Of a stretch of 64,000 bases of DNA, positions 20,278-29,858 are shown one piece after another. The notes under the pieces are model-generated. The model did not search any database and was not told where the DNA came from. It was given only the letters and a program-made list of their open reading frames with translations. A program made the translations under genes and the position numbers. The DNA is taken from NCBI GenBank assembly GCA_944391955.1, contig CALXVG010000001.1, positions 249,916 to 313,915 on the forward strand, written 5' to 3'. This stretch comes from an uncultured Clostridia bacterium. GTDB taxonomy: Bacteria > Bacillota > Clostridia > TANB77 > CAG-508. How positions within the stretch are numbered: the first letter of the stretch is position 1; each line of letters opens with the position of its first letter.

Positions 20278-21024
20278 TTATTTTCCAATAAACATTTGTA
20301 CATAAATTTTTCCATATTTTGGACTATTTACTACCCCTATTCCTGTATAATTATAATTATTGCTTAAGATATTAGCTTTGTGCCCTTCTGAGTTCATCCA
20401 TGCATTTACAGCTCCTTGATTGGTAGAGTTTCCAGCTATATTTTCTCCTGCTGCTTTATAACTAATTCCATAGCTTTTTAACATATCAAATGGTGAACCA
20501 TATGTTGGAGAAGTATGTGAAAAATAATTATTATTTACCATATCTTGAGCTTTAGCTCTTACAACATTTTGCACTTCTGCATCTATCTGTAAAGCTTGTA
20601 AACCTGCTGATACTCTTTGATTATTTATTAAGTCAAATACTTCTTGTTCATCTGCTGTTAATCCATTATTATTGATATTTTCTATGTTTTGCTGTGTTTC
20701 TCCACTATCATCTGTTGCCCCTTGTGTTGGATATATAAGTTTTACATAGTTCTTACTTACCATTCCTACATAGTCGTTATCTGTTTGTATTACATACCAA
20801 TCTCCTATTTGTGCAAATACCCTTATATATTCATTTTTATAAATTAATGTAACAACTTTATAGTTTGTTCCTGGACCTTGTCTTACATTTAATGCTGTTG
20901 CTGTAACAAGTCCTGTTGTTGTTCCTACTGTTTGATAATGAGTCATTGCTATCGTTTTTACTGAAAAACTACATAATAGTACGAGTAAAATTATTATCAA
21001 TATTGCTAATCTCTTTATTTTCAT
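20278..21024 (-). CDS. Secreted SH3b + CAP/SCP (YkwD-like) domain protein
   Basis: Signal peptide. SH3-like ALNVRQGPGTNYKVV...GDWYVIQTD, then CAP domain HTSPTYGSPFDMLKSYGISYKAAGENIA...WMNSEGHKANIL. Confidence 0.75.
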   Translation of the reverse strand: MKIKRLAILIIILLVLLCSFSVKTIAMTHYQTVGTTTGLVTATALNVRQGPGTNYKVVTLIYKNEYIRVFAQIGDWYVIQTDNDYVGMVSKNYVKLIYPTQGATDDSGETQQNIENINNNGLTADEQEVFDLINNQRVSAGLQALQIDAEVQNVVRAKAQDMVNNNYFSHTSPTYGSPFDMLKSYGISYKAAGENIAGNSTNQGAVNAWMNSEGHKANILSNNYNYTGIGVVNSPKYGKIYVQMFIGK

Positions 21025-21085
21025 TTTATCACTCTCCCAATACTATTATTTATTTTTTCTTGGAATTTTATTCAAATAGTTTTTT

Positions 21086-21135
21086 ACAAAAAAATACCGC
21101 CGTGCTGTTATCATTTCAGCACGGCGATCGAGATT
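21086..21135 (-). terminator. Intrinsic terminator for the small gene 21147-21362
   Basis: GC-rich stem CCGCCGTGCTG/CAGCACGGCG followed on the minus strand by TATTTTTTT. Confidence 0.8.
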
Positions 21136-21146
21136 TTGCAGAGGAG

Positions 21147-21362
21147 TCATTTGAACATGAGCCAAATCCAAAAAATGGAGGCTAGAATTGCTAAAATGTT
21201 CCAGTAGACACCTACAGCAAGGTCCTCCTTGTGGTTAACAATCCGGTCAATTAGACTTATTAGACTGCCTATCAAAAAGAGTATGCCAACTACCCCACCA
21301 ATCCAAGCGGGAATGTGGAACAAAATCCACATAATGATGCAGAATCCAATGAACTTCAACAT
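21147..21362 (-). CDS. Small (71-aa) two-TM membrane peptide in a GC-elevated (~41%) cassette
   Basis: MLKFIGFCIIMWILFHIPAWIGGVVGILFLIGSLISL ... VYWNILAILASIFWIWLMFK. Own consensus promoter and terminator. RBS AAAGGTGG. Confidence 0.5.
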   Translation of the reverse strand: MLKFIGFCIIMWILFHIPAWIGGVVGILFLIGSLISLIDRIVNHKEDLAVGVYWNILAILASIFWIWLMFK

Positions 21363-21398
21363 ATCTTTTTACCACCTTTACAAAAGTTTTATACTTTA

Positions 21399-21427
21399 AT
21401 TATACCATTTTTATTGATATTATTCAA
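21399..21427 (-). promoter_or_regulatory. Consensus sigma-A promoter with extended -10 for the 71-aa gene
   Basis: Minus strand reads TTGAAT-17-TGGTATAAT. Confidence 0.6.
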
Positions 21428-21428
21428 T

Positions 21429-22802
21429 TTAATGGCTTCTTCTTGGTCCTATATCATCATCCCATGGAACTTTTGCACTATTACCTTCATTTTCCTCATT
21501 TGCATCATTAGTGCCCATTTTTTTGTCTAATTCTTCTTCTATTTCTTGATTAACTTTTTCTTTTGCTTCTTCTCTTCCCATTTTTTCTGGGCCTATCATG
21601 TAATTCACTACTCTTGCCGCTTCATTTTTATTATATCCTTCATCCATTAATTGTTCGAATACTTTTTTTGGACTAAGTTCATCCATTGTAATACCTTCTT
21701 CTTTAAAGCCTGTATCCTCTATTTTATCATAACTTTTGCTAATTGTTTCTGAGTTGTCTTGTTTGTTTGTTGTATCACTTTTAGCATTTACTTGTTTACT
21801 ATTATAGTCTGTTCTTGTCCTTTCAACTTCATATCCTACCCATTGTCCGTCATCTCCAAGTCTAGTTTCTTCCATTCGGATTTCGCCGCCTTCTATGTAC
21901 ATAGCCATTCTAATATCTCTTATTCCATGTTGATATCTACTTAATTCTTGTGTTTGCATAACTTGATATGGTTGTTGTTTTTTTACATCTTGTCCGTCTT
22001 TTCCAACACTTATCACTGGTTCTGTTAAATGAGTGGTAGAATCTTTAAAAAATGGCGATGGTTGTATTATTCCTTGTTTATCAACATATTCTGCCTTCAT
22101 TTTACCATCATTATCTCTATAAAAATATGTTGATTTATCAACCATTGGATAATTTTTGAAAAATTGACTATCTGGTCTTATTCTATATACATTTTTTTCT
22201 GGAATGCCTTTTCTTTGTGCTATTTTTTTTGTTTCTTCATCATCATTTTTTTCTTCTTCGTCTTTTTCATCTTCGCCTTCTTTATTTTGTGCTTTTTCGT
22301 CTTTTTCATCTTGTGTTCTTTCCTTATCTCGTTCTTCCTTTTGTTTTTCCAAATCTTCTTTTGTTTTGCCTTCCATTTCTTTTAAAACTGATAAATCAGG
22401 TTTTTCTTGTTCTCCTAACTCTAAAAGTCCTAATTGATTATCAGGGTCTATCTTTTGAACTGTTTCTTTATTTACTTTTAAAGTTCCTTTTTCATCAATG
22501 TTCGCAATTAATACATCTTGACCCTGAAATTTCATATATACTTCGTATGTTGTTTTACTTTGCTCTTCTTCTTTATCATCTAAAAATTTCTCAGTTATTT
22601 CTGCGATTGAAACTTTTAAAATATTATTTCCTAATTTCAAATTGGCATCTTCATAATATTTAACATTTACATCATTATTTCCTGTTTCTTCTGCTCTTCT
22701 TTCTTCTATTCCCTTTATTTTTTCTAGAAGTTCTTCATCTCTTGTCATTTTTTCCTTTTTCATATCTGCTGCTAAATCTTGTCCTGAATTTTCTTCACCC
22801 AT
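21429..22802 (-). CDS. Hypothetical highly acidic/charged soluble protein (457 aa), first gene of the T4SS-like island
   Basis: Long ORF with Glu/Asp/Lys-rich tracts (EKDEEEKNDDEETKK); no TM, no NTP-binding motif. Confidence 0.6.
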   Translation of the reverse strand: MGEENSGQDLAADMKKEKMTRDEELLEKIKGIEERRAEETGNNDVNVKYYEDANLKLGNNILKVSIAEITEKFLDDKEEEQSKTTYEVYMKFQGQDVLIANIDEKGTLKVNKETVQKIDPDNQLGLLELGEQEKPDLSVLKEMEGKTKEDLEKQKEERDKERTQDEKDEKAQNKEGEDEKDEEEKNDDEETKKIAQRKGIPEKNVYRIRPDSQFFKNYPMVDKSTYFYRDNDGKMKAEYVDKQGIIQPSPFFKDSTTHLTEPVISVGKDGQDVKKQQPYQVMQTQELSRYQHGIRDIRMAMYIEGGEIRMEETRLGDDGQWVGYEVERTRTDYNSKQVNAKSDTTNKQDNSETISKSYDKIEDTGFKEEGITMDELSPKKVFEQLMDEGYNKNEAARVVNYMIGPEKMGREEAKEKVNQEIEEELDKKMGTNDANEENEGNSAKVPWDDDIGPRRSH

Positions 22803-22813
22803 ATTATTACCTC

Positions 22814-24229
22814 CTATTCACCTTCTTTTTGTATTTCTATGCTAATAATCTTATACTCCTGTCCTTCACCTAATTCAAGCTCTATTTTTACTGTTATTTC
22901 ATCAGAATTAATCACATTACCATCTGTTATTGTTAAAGAATATGATGTTTTTTCATCGTTTGATGAATAAGTACCAAACTCTAATTTATTATTTCCAAAC
23001 AGGTTATTTTCTAGATAATCTACCATATTTTGATAATCTGTAAAAGTATCATTATTTGCTAATTTATTATATACATATGTGTAGTCTCTATTGTTTATTG
23101 CTTCAAACATTCTCTCTATATTAAGTTGTGTCTTTGTTGATGCTGATGCATCATTATATTTACTTGTAAAATAGTTTAAATCTACTGTATATGTATCTAA
23201 GTATAATTTGTAATTCATAACACCATCTATTTCAAATATATAGTAATTTCCATATGGGTCTAAGCATATACAGTATTGTTGACCATTTTCTATATACATC
23301 TGATACTTCTCTAAAGATTTTTGAGGAGTTCTTGATAAATATTCATTATATTCATCATCACTTGCAAATTCTTCTCTATCTCTGATACTACTTGGGTCTA
23401 AACTTGCTAATTGAGATGCTTTACTTTCTTCATTCAAATATGCTAAAAATGCATTATAACTTCCAAATCTATTCTCCCTATACTCTTCATCTAATGAATT
23501 ATATGCTTCTTCTGAGTTATATCTAGCATTTTGGATATAATCTCTTAAATACTTATTAGCCATTTCTTCTTCTGTTAATGTTGTACTTGAAATTTTATTG
23601 TATGTGTCTAATTCTATTTCTTGATTATATGTTTCTGTTATTTGTTCTGTTGTATAATTATTATATTCGGCTAAGGTTATAGGCTTAATTGCATATGACA
23701 TATTTACTGAATCATAATACATAACTAAATAATATGGTGTTTTCTGAAAATCTTTTGTTAATGTACCATAAATATAATATATGGTTTTATCTGATTTATA
23801 ACTATACATTTCTTTTGCTTTGTATGTTCCGTCATATGGTATGTTTGCTCGCATAGTTTCTAATACGTTTGCACTATTTATAGAGTTTTGTGATATAAAG
23901 TTATCATCTAACAATTGCAAGACTGCATCTGCATTTCCAACTCTCAAATATAAAAAATATTTACTTATCATTGTTTCTGTTGAAAAGAATATATTTCTAT
24001 TTGTTACTTTTTTTAGTTTTTCTTCTGTATTATTTTCTACTTCTACTGGAAAGGTTTGATTATAGCTTGTGATATTGTTATTTATCACATTATTTAATAT
24101 GTTATTTGTAGCAATATTATTATTTGTCTGTTCTTCATCCGTTTTAAAAGTAGTAATTACTAACATTGAAATAACTATTATCATGATAGCAACAATTAAA
24201 ATAATAACTATTTTTTTTATATTATTCAT
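22814..24229 (-). CDS. Membrane-anchored hypothetical protein (471 aa), T4SS-island component
   Basis: N-terminal TM IVIILIVAIMIIVISMLVITTF then Asn/Tyr-rich extracytoplasmic domain. Confidence 0.6.
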   Translation of the reverse strand: MNNIKKIVIILIVAIMIIVISMLVITTFKTDEEQTNNNIATNNILNNVINNNITSYNQTFPVEVENNTEEKLKKVTNRNIFFSTETMISKYFLYLRVGNADAVLQLLDDNFISQNSINSANVLETMRANIPYDGTYKAKEMYSYKSDKTIYYIYGTLTKDFQKTPYYLVMYYDSVNMSYAIKPITLAEYNNYTTEQITETYNQEIELDTYNKISSTTLTEEEMANKYLRDYIQNARYNSEEAYNSLDEEYRENRFGSYNAFLAYLNEESKASQLASLDPSSIRDREEFASDDEYNEYLSRTPQKSLEKYQMYIENGQQYCICLDPYGNYYIFEIDGVMNYKLYLDTYTVDLNYFTSKYNDASASTKTQLNIERMFEAINNRDYTYVYNKLANNDTFTDYQNMVDYLENNLFGNNKLEFGTYSSNDEKTSYSLTITDGNVINSDEITVKIELELGEGQEYKIISIEIQKEGE

Positions 24230-24241
24230 TTATATCTCCTT

Positions 24242-25060
24242 TTAACGTGAATATGTTACTTTATTATATTGGTTACTTCTTATTACTGCAGATTTGCTGA
24301 TTCCCTCTGATGGTGTTACAATTAGAGTATTATATCTATTTGCACTAATTGGCATAATTGAAAAACTATCTGTTGTTATATCCATATTTACTATAAAAAA
24401 TATATATGCATTTCCTAATTGATATCTTACATAATATATTGAATATGTACTTCCTGTTATTTGGTAAATTTCGTTTATTTCACTCATATCACTTTGATTA
24501 TAATTAGGAACATTGCTTAATACATTATCTTGTGTAACACTATTATTTTGTATATATGTGCTATCTAATACAGCATATACTGCATTTTCATTAGAATCTT
24601 CTACATAATTTAAATATTTCTTAATACAATTTTGTATTGTATTTATTATTGCTGTACGTGTAGCTTTTGTTGGTGTTACCCCTGTTAGTTCTATATCCTT
24701 ATTTACATTTTCTTCATTACTTTGTGCCTGATTATTTAAAATTTCTGTATCATCTATTATATTTTCCGTTGTACTATTGTTTGTATTATTACTTGTTGGA
24801 TTATTGTTAACTATATTTTCTTTCACCGTATTATCTCCTACAATATTGTTTTCTATTTGATTATTATTTATTTCATTACTTATATTATTTATAATAATAT
24901 TATTCTGAACACTACTAGCAGTGTTATTTTGTGTTGCTATGCTATTTGGTATTACTGTTTTTTCTTCTGTGTCTTTGTTTAAAATCATTAAAATTACCAA
25001 CAATACTATTAAAATAATACATATTATAACTAAAATTTTAATTATTTTTTTTATATCCAT
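24242..25060 (-). CDS. Membrane-anchored hypothetical protein (272 aa), T4SS-island component
   Basis: N-terminal TM ILVIICIILIVLLVILMIL; Asn-rich; operonic spacing. Confidence 0.6.
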   Translation of the reverse strand: MDIKKIIKILVIICIILIVLLVILMILNKDTEEKTVIPNSIATQNNTASSVQNNIIINNISNEINNNQIENNIVGDNTVKENIVNNNPTSNNTNNSTTENIIDDTEILNNQAQSNEENVNKDIELTGVTPTKATRTAIINTIQNCIKKYLNYVEDSNENAVYAVLDSTYIQNNSVTQDNVLSNVPNYNQSDMSEINEIYQITGSTYSIYYVRYQLGNAYIFFIVNMDITTDSFSIMPISANRYNTLIVTPSEGISKSAVIRSNQYNKVTYSR

Positions 25061-25095
25061 TTTTTAATATTTCCTTTCTTAAAATATTAATTACT

Positions 25096-26682
25096 TTACA
25101 AAGAATAATATCCATAAATTTCTGAATAATCTATATTTATCTCTTTTCTTTCTACTTTACTGCCTTTCCAATATGGGTTTGTTGATGAACTACCTGTATT
25201 TCCTTCTATAGTATATACTTTTATTCCATCACTGTCAACAACAATACCTGTGTGATCAATTGAACCATCATTTTCCCAATCATAAAATATAATATCTCCC
25301 GATTTTGGTACATAATTTGGATAGTCTTCTTGTGTTCTTCTTCTGCTCTCATCCATAAGTCTAAATTCTTCACACCCTCTAAATGGATTTGACAATACAT
25401 CTGGTATTAATCCGCAATTATAATAACAATATGAAACAAACATTGCACACCAATCCGCCTCTATTGAAGGTTCATTACCATAAAATGTACGAATTCCTTC
25501 TGGTATTGTATATGATGTAAATCTAGAATGTCCTTCTCCTTCAAATTGTAATGCAAATTCTGCAACATCTGATGTGGCAATAAATCCTCCGTTTTCTTCA
25601 TATGTAAAAATCTCTTCCTCATTTTCTGATGTTCTTGTTACTTCTTTATCTGGAACAGTATTTCCTTCTTTCATATCATTATTTTGTAACCATTCTAATT
25701 GTTCTTGCGTATAATATATATAATAGCTTCTTCCAAATACTTCTCCTGCGTCTGAATATGTAAAATCATATATTCCTTTTACATATGTTTCGAAAGCTGC
25801 ATCTCTTGCTGGAACATGTCCTGCATATCCTCCACCTACTTTACTCCACCATTTATCCCAAATATGCTTGTTATGTTCCCATGAATTTATTTCATATAAC
25901 CCTGCACCTTCTTCATATACTTCTTTAAATGTATATCCATTTCTTGTTGGTAAATGTCCAAAGTTATATTTTATTGTAGTTAATGCATATAATTGTTGTT
26001 GTGATAAGTTTAATCCTTCTGTTTCCTCTAATACACTTTGATATGATGCTTCTGCTACTTGTCCTCCAATCTGATCTACTAATTCTTTTTCAATATATAT
26101 TTCCATTGCATCTATTTCTTCATCTGTATATGTAGCAGTATGTCCTCTAGTTAAGAAATTTTCAACATATTCTGCTACATTTTCTTCTGTATATTCTCCA
26201 TCTGATTTTAATACTTTTCCTTTACACTCAAAACTAGGATAGTGTGATTTCCACTGTAAATCTGAATTGCCTATTGTTGGCCATCCTGCTCCATCTCCAT
26301 ACATTTTATAAAACCTGCCATCTTCAGTTTGAGGGGCTTCTGTAGTGTGAGAAAATTGTCTTAAATAATCTACTAATGATAATTCTTGAGATGCATTATT
26401 CATATCTTCATCATTTAATCCATTTTCAGTATCTCCACCAAATAAAGCCGTAATAATTGCTGCTATAATAACTGTTACAATTATTATAGGAAGTAAATAC
26501 ATCATTATTTTTGCAACTACTGTAGCTATAATCTTTATTATTGCTTTTACCAATTGTTTTTTTGCATTTTTCTTTGCTTGTCTTTTAAATGCCTCTTTTC
26601 CACTTTTTAATGCTAGATTATTTTGTCTGTTAGCTTCAACTTCATCTAATTGATTATTTTCTTCTTCATTCATTTTACTCAC
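25096..26682 (-). CDS. Conjugation-type cell-wall hydrolase (N-terminal TM, glycosidase-like middle region, C-terminal CHAP amidase/peptidase domain)
   Basis: TM IIATVVAKIMMYLLPIIIVTVIIAAI. C-terminal CHAP catalytic Cys/His context WCAMFVSYCYYNCG ... GSIDHTGIVVD; analogous to TcpG/PrgK/CwlT/Orf14. Confidence 0.75.
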   Translation of the reverse strand: MSKMNEEENNQLDEVEANRQNNLALKSGKEAFKRQAKKNAKKQLVKAIIKIIATVVAKIMMYLLPIIIVTVIIAAIITALFGGDTENGLNDEDMNNASQELSLVDYLRQFSHTTEAPQTEDGRFYKMYGDGAGWPTIGNSDLQWKSHYPSFECKGKVLKSDGEYTEENVAEYVENFLTRGHTATYTDEEIDAMEIYIEKELVDQIGGQVAEASYQSVLEETEGLNLSQQQLYALTTIKYNFGHLPTRNGYTFKEVYEEGAGLYEINSWEHNKHIWDKWWSKVGGGYAGHVPARDAAFETYVKGIYDFTYSDAGEVFGRSYYIYYTQEQLEWLQNNDMKEGNTVPDKEVTRTSENEEEIFTYEENGGFIATSDVAEFALQFEGEGHSRFTSYTIPEGIRTFYGNEPSIEADWCAMFVSYCYYNCGLIPDVLSNPFRGCEEFRLMDESRRRTQEDYPNYVPKSGDIIFYDWENDGSIDHTGIVVDSDGIKVYTIEGNTGSSSTNPYWKGSKVERKEINIDYSEIYGYYSL

Positions 26683-26778
26683 TTCCTATCTTTATGTAAA
26701 AAGATGTAAATCTATTATCTCATTTTGCTATAATAGGCAGATATAAAATCTGCCTATTTCGTAATATATTATACAGGT

Positions 26779-29406
26779 TTATACAAAATCATTTATATCA
26801 TTAAATAGACTTTTTGCTTGATTTGCACTTAAGCCATATCTACCTGCATATCTTATAAATGCATTTTCATTATCATATAATTCTGCTGGCATATTTTTTG
26901 CAATTGCCATTCTTGCTGCAACTTCTTGTCCTGATAGGTTTTTACTTGTTTTTAATGATGAGAATTTCTTTACATCTGTTACTCCTAACTTATCTAGGGT
27001 TTTATATTCATCTCCATTTACACCAGCTTCTAAAGCCTCTTGTATTTTACTTGCATCTGTTATTCCATTATCTAAGAATATCTGTGTTTGGGCTCTTATT
27101 TGGTCACTACTATATTGTGATTTTAACTGGCTACTTGATGCAATTTTTTTGTATCCAGAACTTTTATAAAATTCTTGGTCAAATTTCATATTTTGGAATG
27201 CTTCTTCTCCCATTATACTTCTTTGTACTGCATCTGAAGCTTTTCCTACAAGATTGGCACCTTTATCTGGTAGTCCTGCAATTGAATTTCCTAGAACACT
27301 ACCTGCTGCAATTCCTGTAAATAAGTCTGCACCTAAATGGTCAAGATTTCCATCTGCCATGTCTGCTGCAAGTGCTGCTGTTGTAGCTGTTGCTACACCT
27401 AAAGTTTTAGCTGCTGCTTTTCCACCAGCAAGCAATCCTTTTCCAGCAAATTTACCTGCTGACCTTAATATATTAACACCACTGATATTTCTTCTACTTC
27501 GTCCTGTAGAACCAGATGCTCCGCCACTTGCACTACGTGACCCACTTGAGCCAGATCCGCCTCCTGAACCAGCGCCACCACTTGAACCAGAGCCACCACT
27601 TGAACCAGAACCGGCACCTCCTGTTGCAACACCTGCCACAGCTCCGCCATTAGCATCCGATGATGCTGAACCATTTCTTGTTGCTGTTCTTACATATGCA
27701 TTTGAATTGTCTGAACCAGAATTTGCTCCTCCTTTGCCAGAAGAACCACCTTTTCCTCCCATACCTTTTACTTTATTTAACATATTCATTACCATTGCTC
27801 CACCTGCTGCTGCACCTAAAGTATTGAAGCTTGATTGTTGTGAATTTATTCCAAACATTTGCTTAATTATTTTTTCTGCTGGCATCATAAATGTTAATGC
27901 AACAATTGAATATAAAATATTTTCTGCTGCAAAATCTATTGCATTTGTAATTAATAATGTATATAAAAGTAAATGTACTGGTTGTATTAAGCAATTAACT
28001 ACATATTCTTTTAGCCAGAAATTAAATGCTTGTGCTTTTCCATCTCGTACTTTATCTATAGGGTATGTTAAGGCTATAAGTGGTGCTATCATTGTTAAAA
28101 ATGCCATATATACAACCCTTTTTAAGTATTGAAATGTGAACGAAATCGTTAGAATAACTAATACGAAATACATTATAGTGAAACCTGCTGTATTAAAAGC
28201 ATTATCTAAATCTTCTCCTACTTTTTCTCTAACAGTATTCATTATTTGATCTGTTGGAAATCCACCTGTTTCAGCTACTTCTATTACATTGCTTGCAAGC
28301 ATTGAATTTATTCTTTCCGTAAAAGTTGTTAAGAATGCCATTACATAATGTAATATAAATAAAATACATATTGCAACTAACCAATCTTTTAACATGTTTT
28401 TATATTTTGCTTTATCTTGTGCTGAGGCACTACTTAAAATTATTCTAATACCTAAATATAGCAACACTGATAATAATCCAACTAATGCAAATGTTCTTAG
28501 TGCGATATACCATCTTGCTATATTATCTTTCAATTTCCATGCTGTTGATGTAAGCTGTACAGAATTTATATCAGTATCAGGTATTCCTTGTAATAATGTT
28601 TCAACTGAAGTAGTACATTCATATAATGTAATTCCTGTGTTTTGTCTTACTTCAAATTTATATAATTTTGTCACTCCGCTTTCATCTTGTTTTGTATATA
28701 AAGTTACATGGTGTAAATCAGGATCATATCTTCCAAAGAATCCTTTTGTTCCATTATATGGTTCTGATAATATAGGTTCAATCGTCTCCATTGCACCCCA
28801 CCAACCAGAATCTGAACACGTATATTCATATATATTATTATTTATTCTTTCTTTATATACATATTTGATTCCTCCGCTATTGTGAATACTGATTTTATAA
28901 TTATATGCAGAAAAAATCTCATTAACTTCTTCAATTTTAGTTTCATCTGGATTAATATATTTTTCTGTACTTCCAATTACTGTAAAATCTGTTCTGCCTA
29001 AAGGATTTCCATCTGCTTTTCTTCCATCTTCAATCAAAGCTAACATATCAGTTCTACTATCTATATCTATTGTAAGCTTATTATATTTTGCGTTATCAGA
29101 CTCTGTTGCTGTTATAAAATTAACATCTAAAGCTGGAACTACATTTGCAAATATTATTCCTGGTGAATATCTTATTGTATATTCGCCATTTGTATATATA
29201 TCTGATGTTCCAATCATCATCCATTGTATTATTCCTAAGAAAGCATCTCCTACATAAGCAACTAAATAAAAAATTCCTGATACCAGCTTATGTCCTACAG
29301 ATTCCCCAAAAGCATATACATATTTTGGCATAATAAAATTGGTTGACATTACTATTAATATTATTACAACTAACAATTTTTTTAATATGCTATTTTTCGT
29401 TCTCAT
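26779..29406 (-). CDS. VirB6/TcpH/Orf15-like polytopic T4SS channel protein, paralog 1 (875 aa), with Gly/Ser-rich linker
   Basis: Signal peptide and extracytoplasmic domain. Conserved WYIALRTFALVGLLSVLLYLGIRI multi-TM core. 90-aa G/S low-complexity tract GSGSSGGSGSSGGAGSGGGSGSSGS. C-terminal domain ending LFNDINDFV shared with paralog 2. Confidence 0.75.
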   Translation of the reverse strand: MRTKNSILKKLLVVIILIVMSTNFIMPKYVYAFGESVGHKLVSGIFYLVAYVGDAFLGIIQWMMIGTSDIYTNGEYTIRYSPGIIFANVVPALDVNFITATESDNAKYNKLTIDIDSRTDMLALIEDGRKADGNPLGRTDFTVIGSTEKYINPDETKIEEVNEIFSAYNYKISIHNSGGIKYVYKERINNNIYEYTCSDSGWWGAMETIEPILSEPYNGTKGFFGRYDPDLHHVTLYTKQDESGVTKLYKFEVRQNTGITLYECTTSVETLLQGIPDTDINSVQLTSTAWKLKDNIARWYIALRTFALVGLLSVLLYLGIRIILSSASAQDKAKYKNMLKDWLVAICILFILHYVMAFLTTFTERINSMLASNVIEVAETGGFPTDQIMNTVREKVGEDLDNAFNTAGFTIMYFVLVILTISFTFQYLKRVVYMAFLTMIAPLIALTYPIDKVRDGKAQAFNFWLKEYVVNCLIQPVHLLLYTLLITNAIDFAAENILYSIVALTFMMPAEKIIKQMFGINSQQSSFNTLGAAAGGAMVMNMLNKVKGMGGKGGSSGKGGANSGSDNSNAYVRTATRNGSASSDANGGAVAGVATGGAGSGSSGGSGSSGGAGSGGGSGSSGSRSASGGASGSTGRSRRNISGVNILRSAGKFAGKGLLAGGKAAAKTLGVATATTAALAADMADGNLDHLGADLFTGIAAGSVLGNSIAGLPDKGANLVGKASDAVQRSIMGEEAFQNMKFDQEFYKSSGYKKIASSSQLKSQYSSDQIRAQTQIFLDNGITDASKIQEALEAGVNGDEYKTLDKLGVTDVKKFSSLKTSKNLSGQEVAARMAIAKNMPAELYDNENAFIRYAGRYGLSANQAKSLFNDINDFV

Positions 29407-29526
29407 TGGGCATAAATTCCCCTTTCTAAAGGTTTACTTTTATTTTATTATACCATATTATGGTAATTTTTAAAAGTTTTTTATGTGAAATTTATATGTT
29501 AAAACTAATTTTTTTGTCTAAAATAT

Positions 29527-29835
29527 CTAAGTCAATACATCATAATTAAAAATTATAGTTTTTGCATTAAATGAAGTGGGTAAAATCGTTGATTCCTTTT
29601 CGTCTTCAATCTTTAATATATACCATGCTGCTGTGCATAGGAAAATAATTCCTAATGACACTATCAGTATAATTAAAATTGTTATTTTTATTTGGTGTAT
29701 AAGTCCATTTATTGCCTCTTTTAATAATGTTTTTCTTCTTTCCTTCTTTTTTGCCTTTTTTTCTTTATGCTGAAAGTTTGTTATTTCTAATCTGTTTTTT
29801 CTATCCTCATCATCCCAATTAGAATTTAAATTCAT
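29527..29835 (-). CDS. Small single-TM protein (102 aa) between the two VirB6-like genes
   Basis: Basic N-terminus KKAKKKERRK, TM ITILIILIVSLGIIFLCTAAWYIL. Confidence 0.5.
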   Translation of the reverse strand: MNLNSNWDDEDRKNRLEITNFQHKEKKAKKKERRKTLLKEAINGLIHQIKITILIILIVSLGIIFLCTAAWYILKIEDEKESTILPTSFNAKTIIFNYDVLT

Positions 29836-29858
29836 CTATTTTACTCACTTTCTTTATT

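Noticed and set aside
22164-22663. Plus-strand ORFs encoding Phe/Leu/Ser-rich peptides
   Set aside because: Antisense of the Glu/Lys-rich tract of gene 21429-22802. Many similar F/L/I-rich plus-strand ORFs throughout the window (for example 10243-10653, 33354-33602, 39681-39995, 43145-43399) are AT-rich antisense artefacts.
27254-28132. 292-aa plus-strand ORF rich in Pro/Ala/Glu
   Set aside because: Antisense shadow of the Gly/Ser-rich low-complexity tract of the VirB6-like gene 26779-29406; no RBS and the periodic composition is the mirror image.
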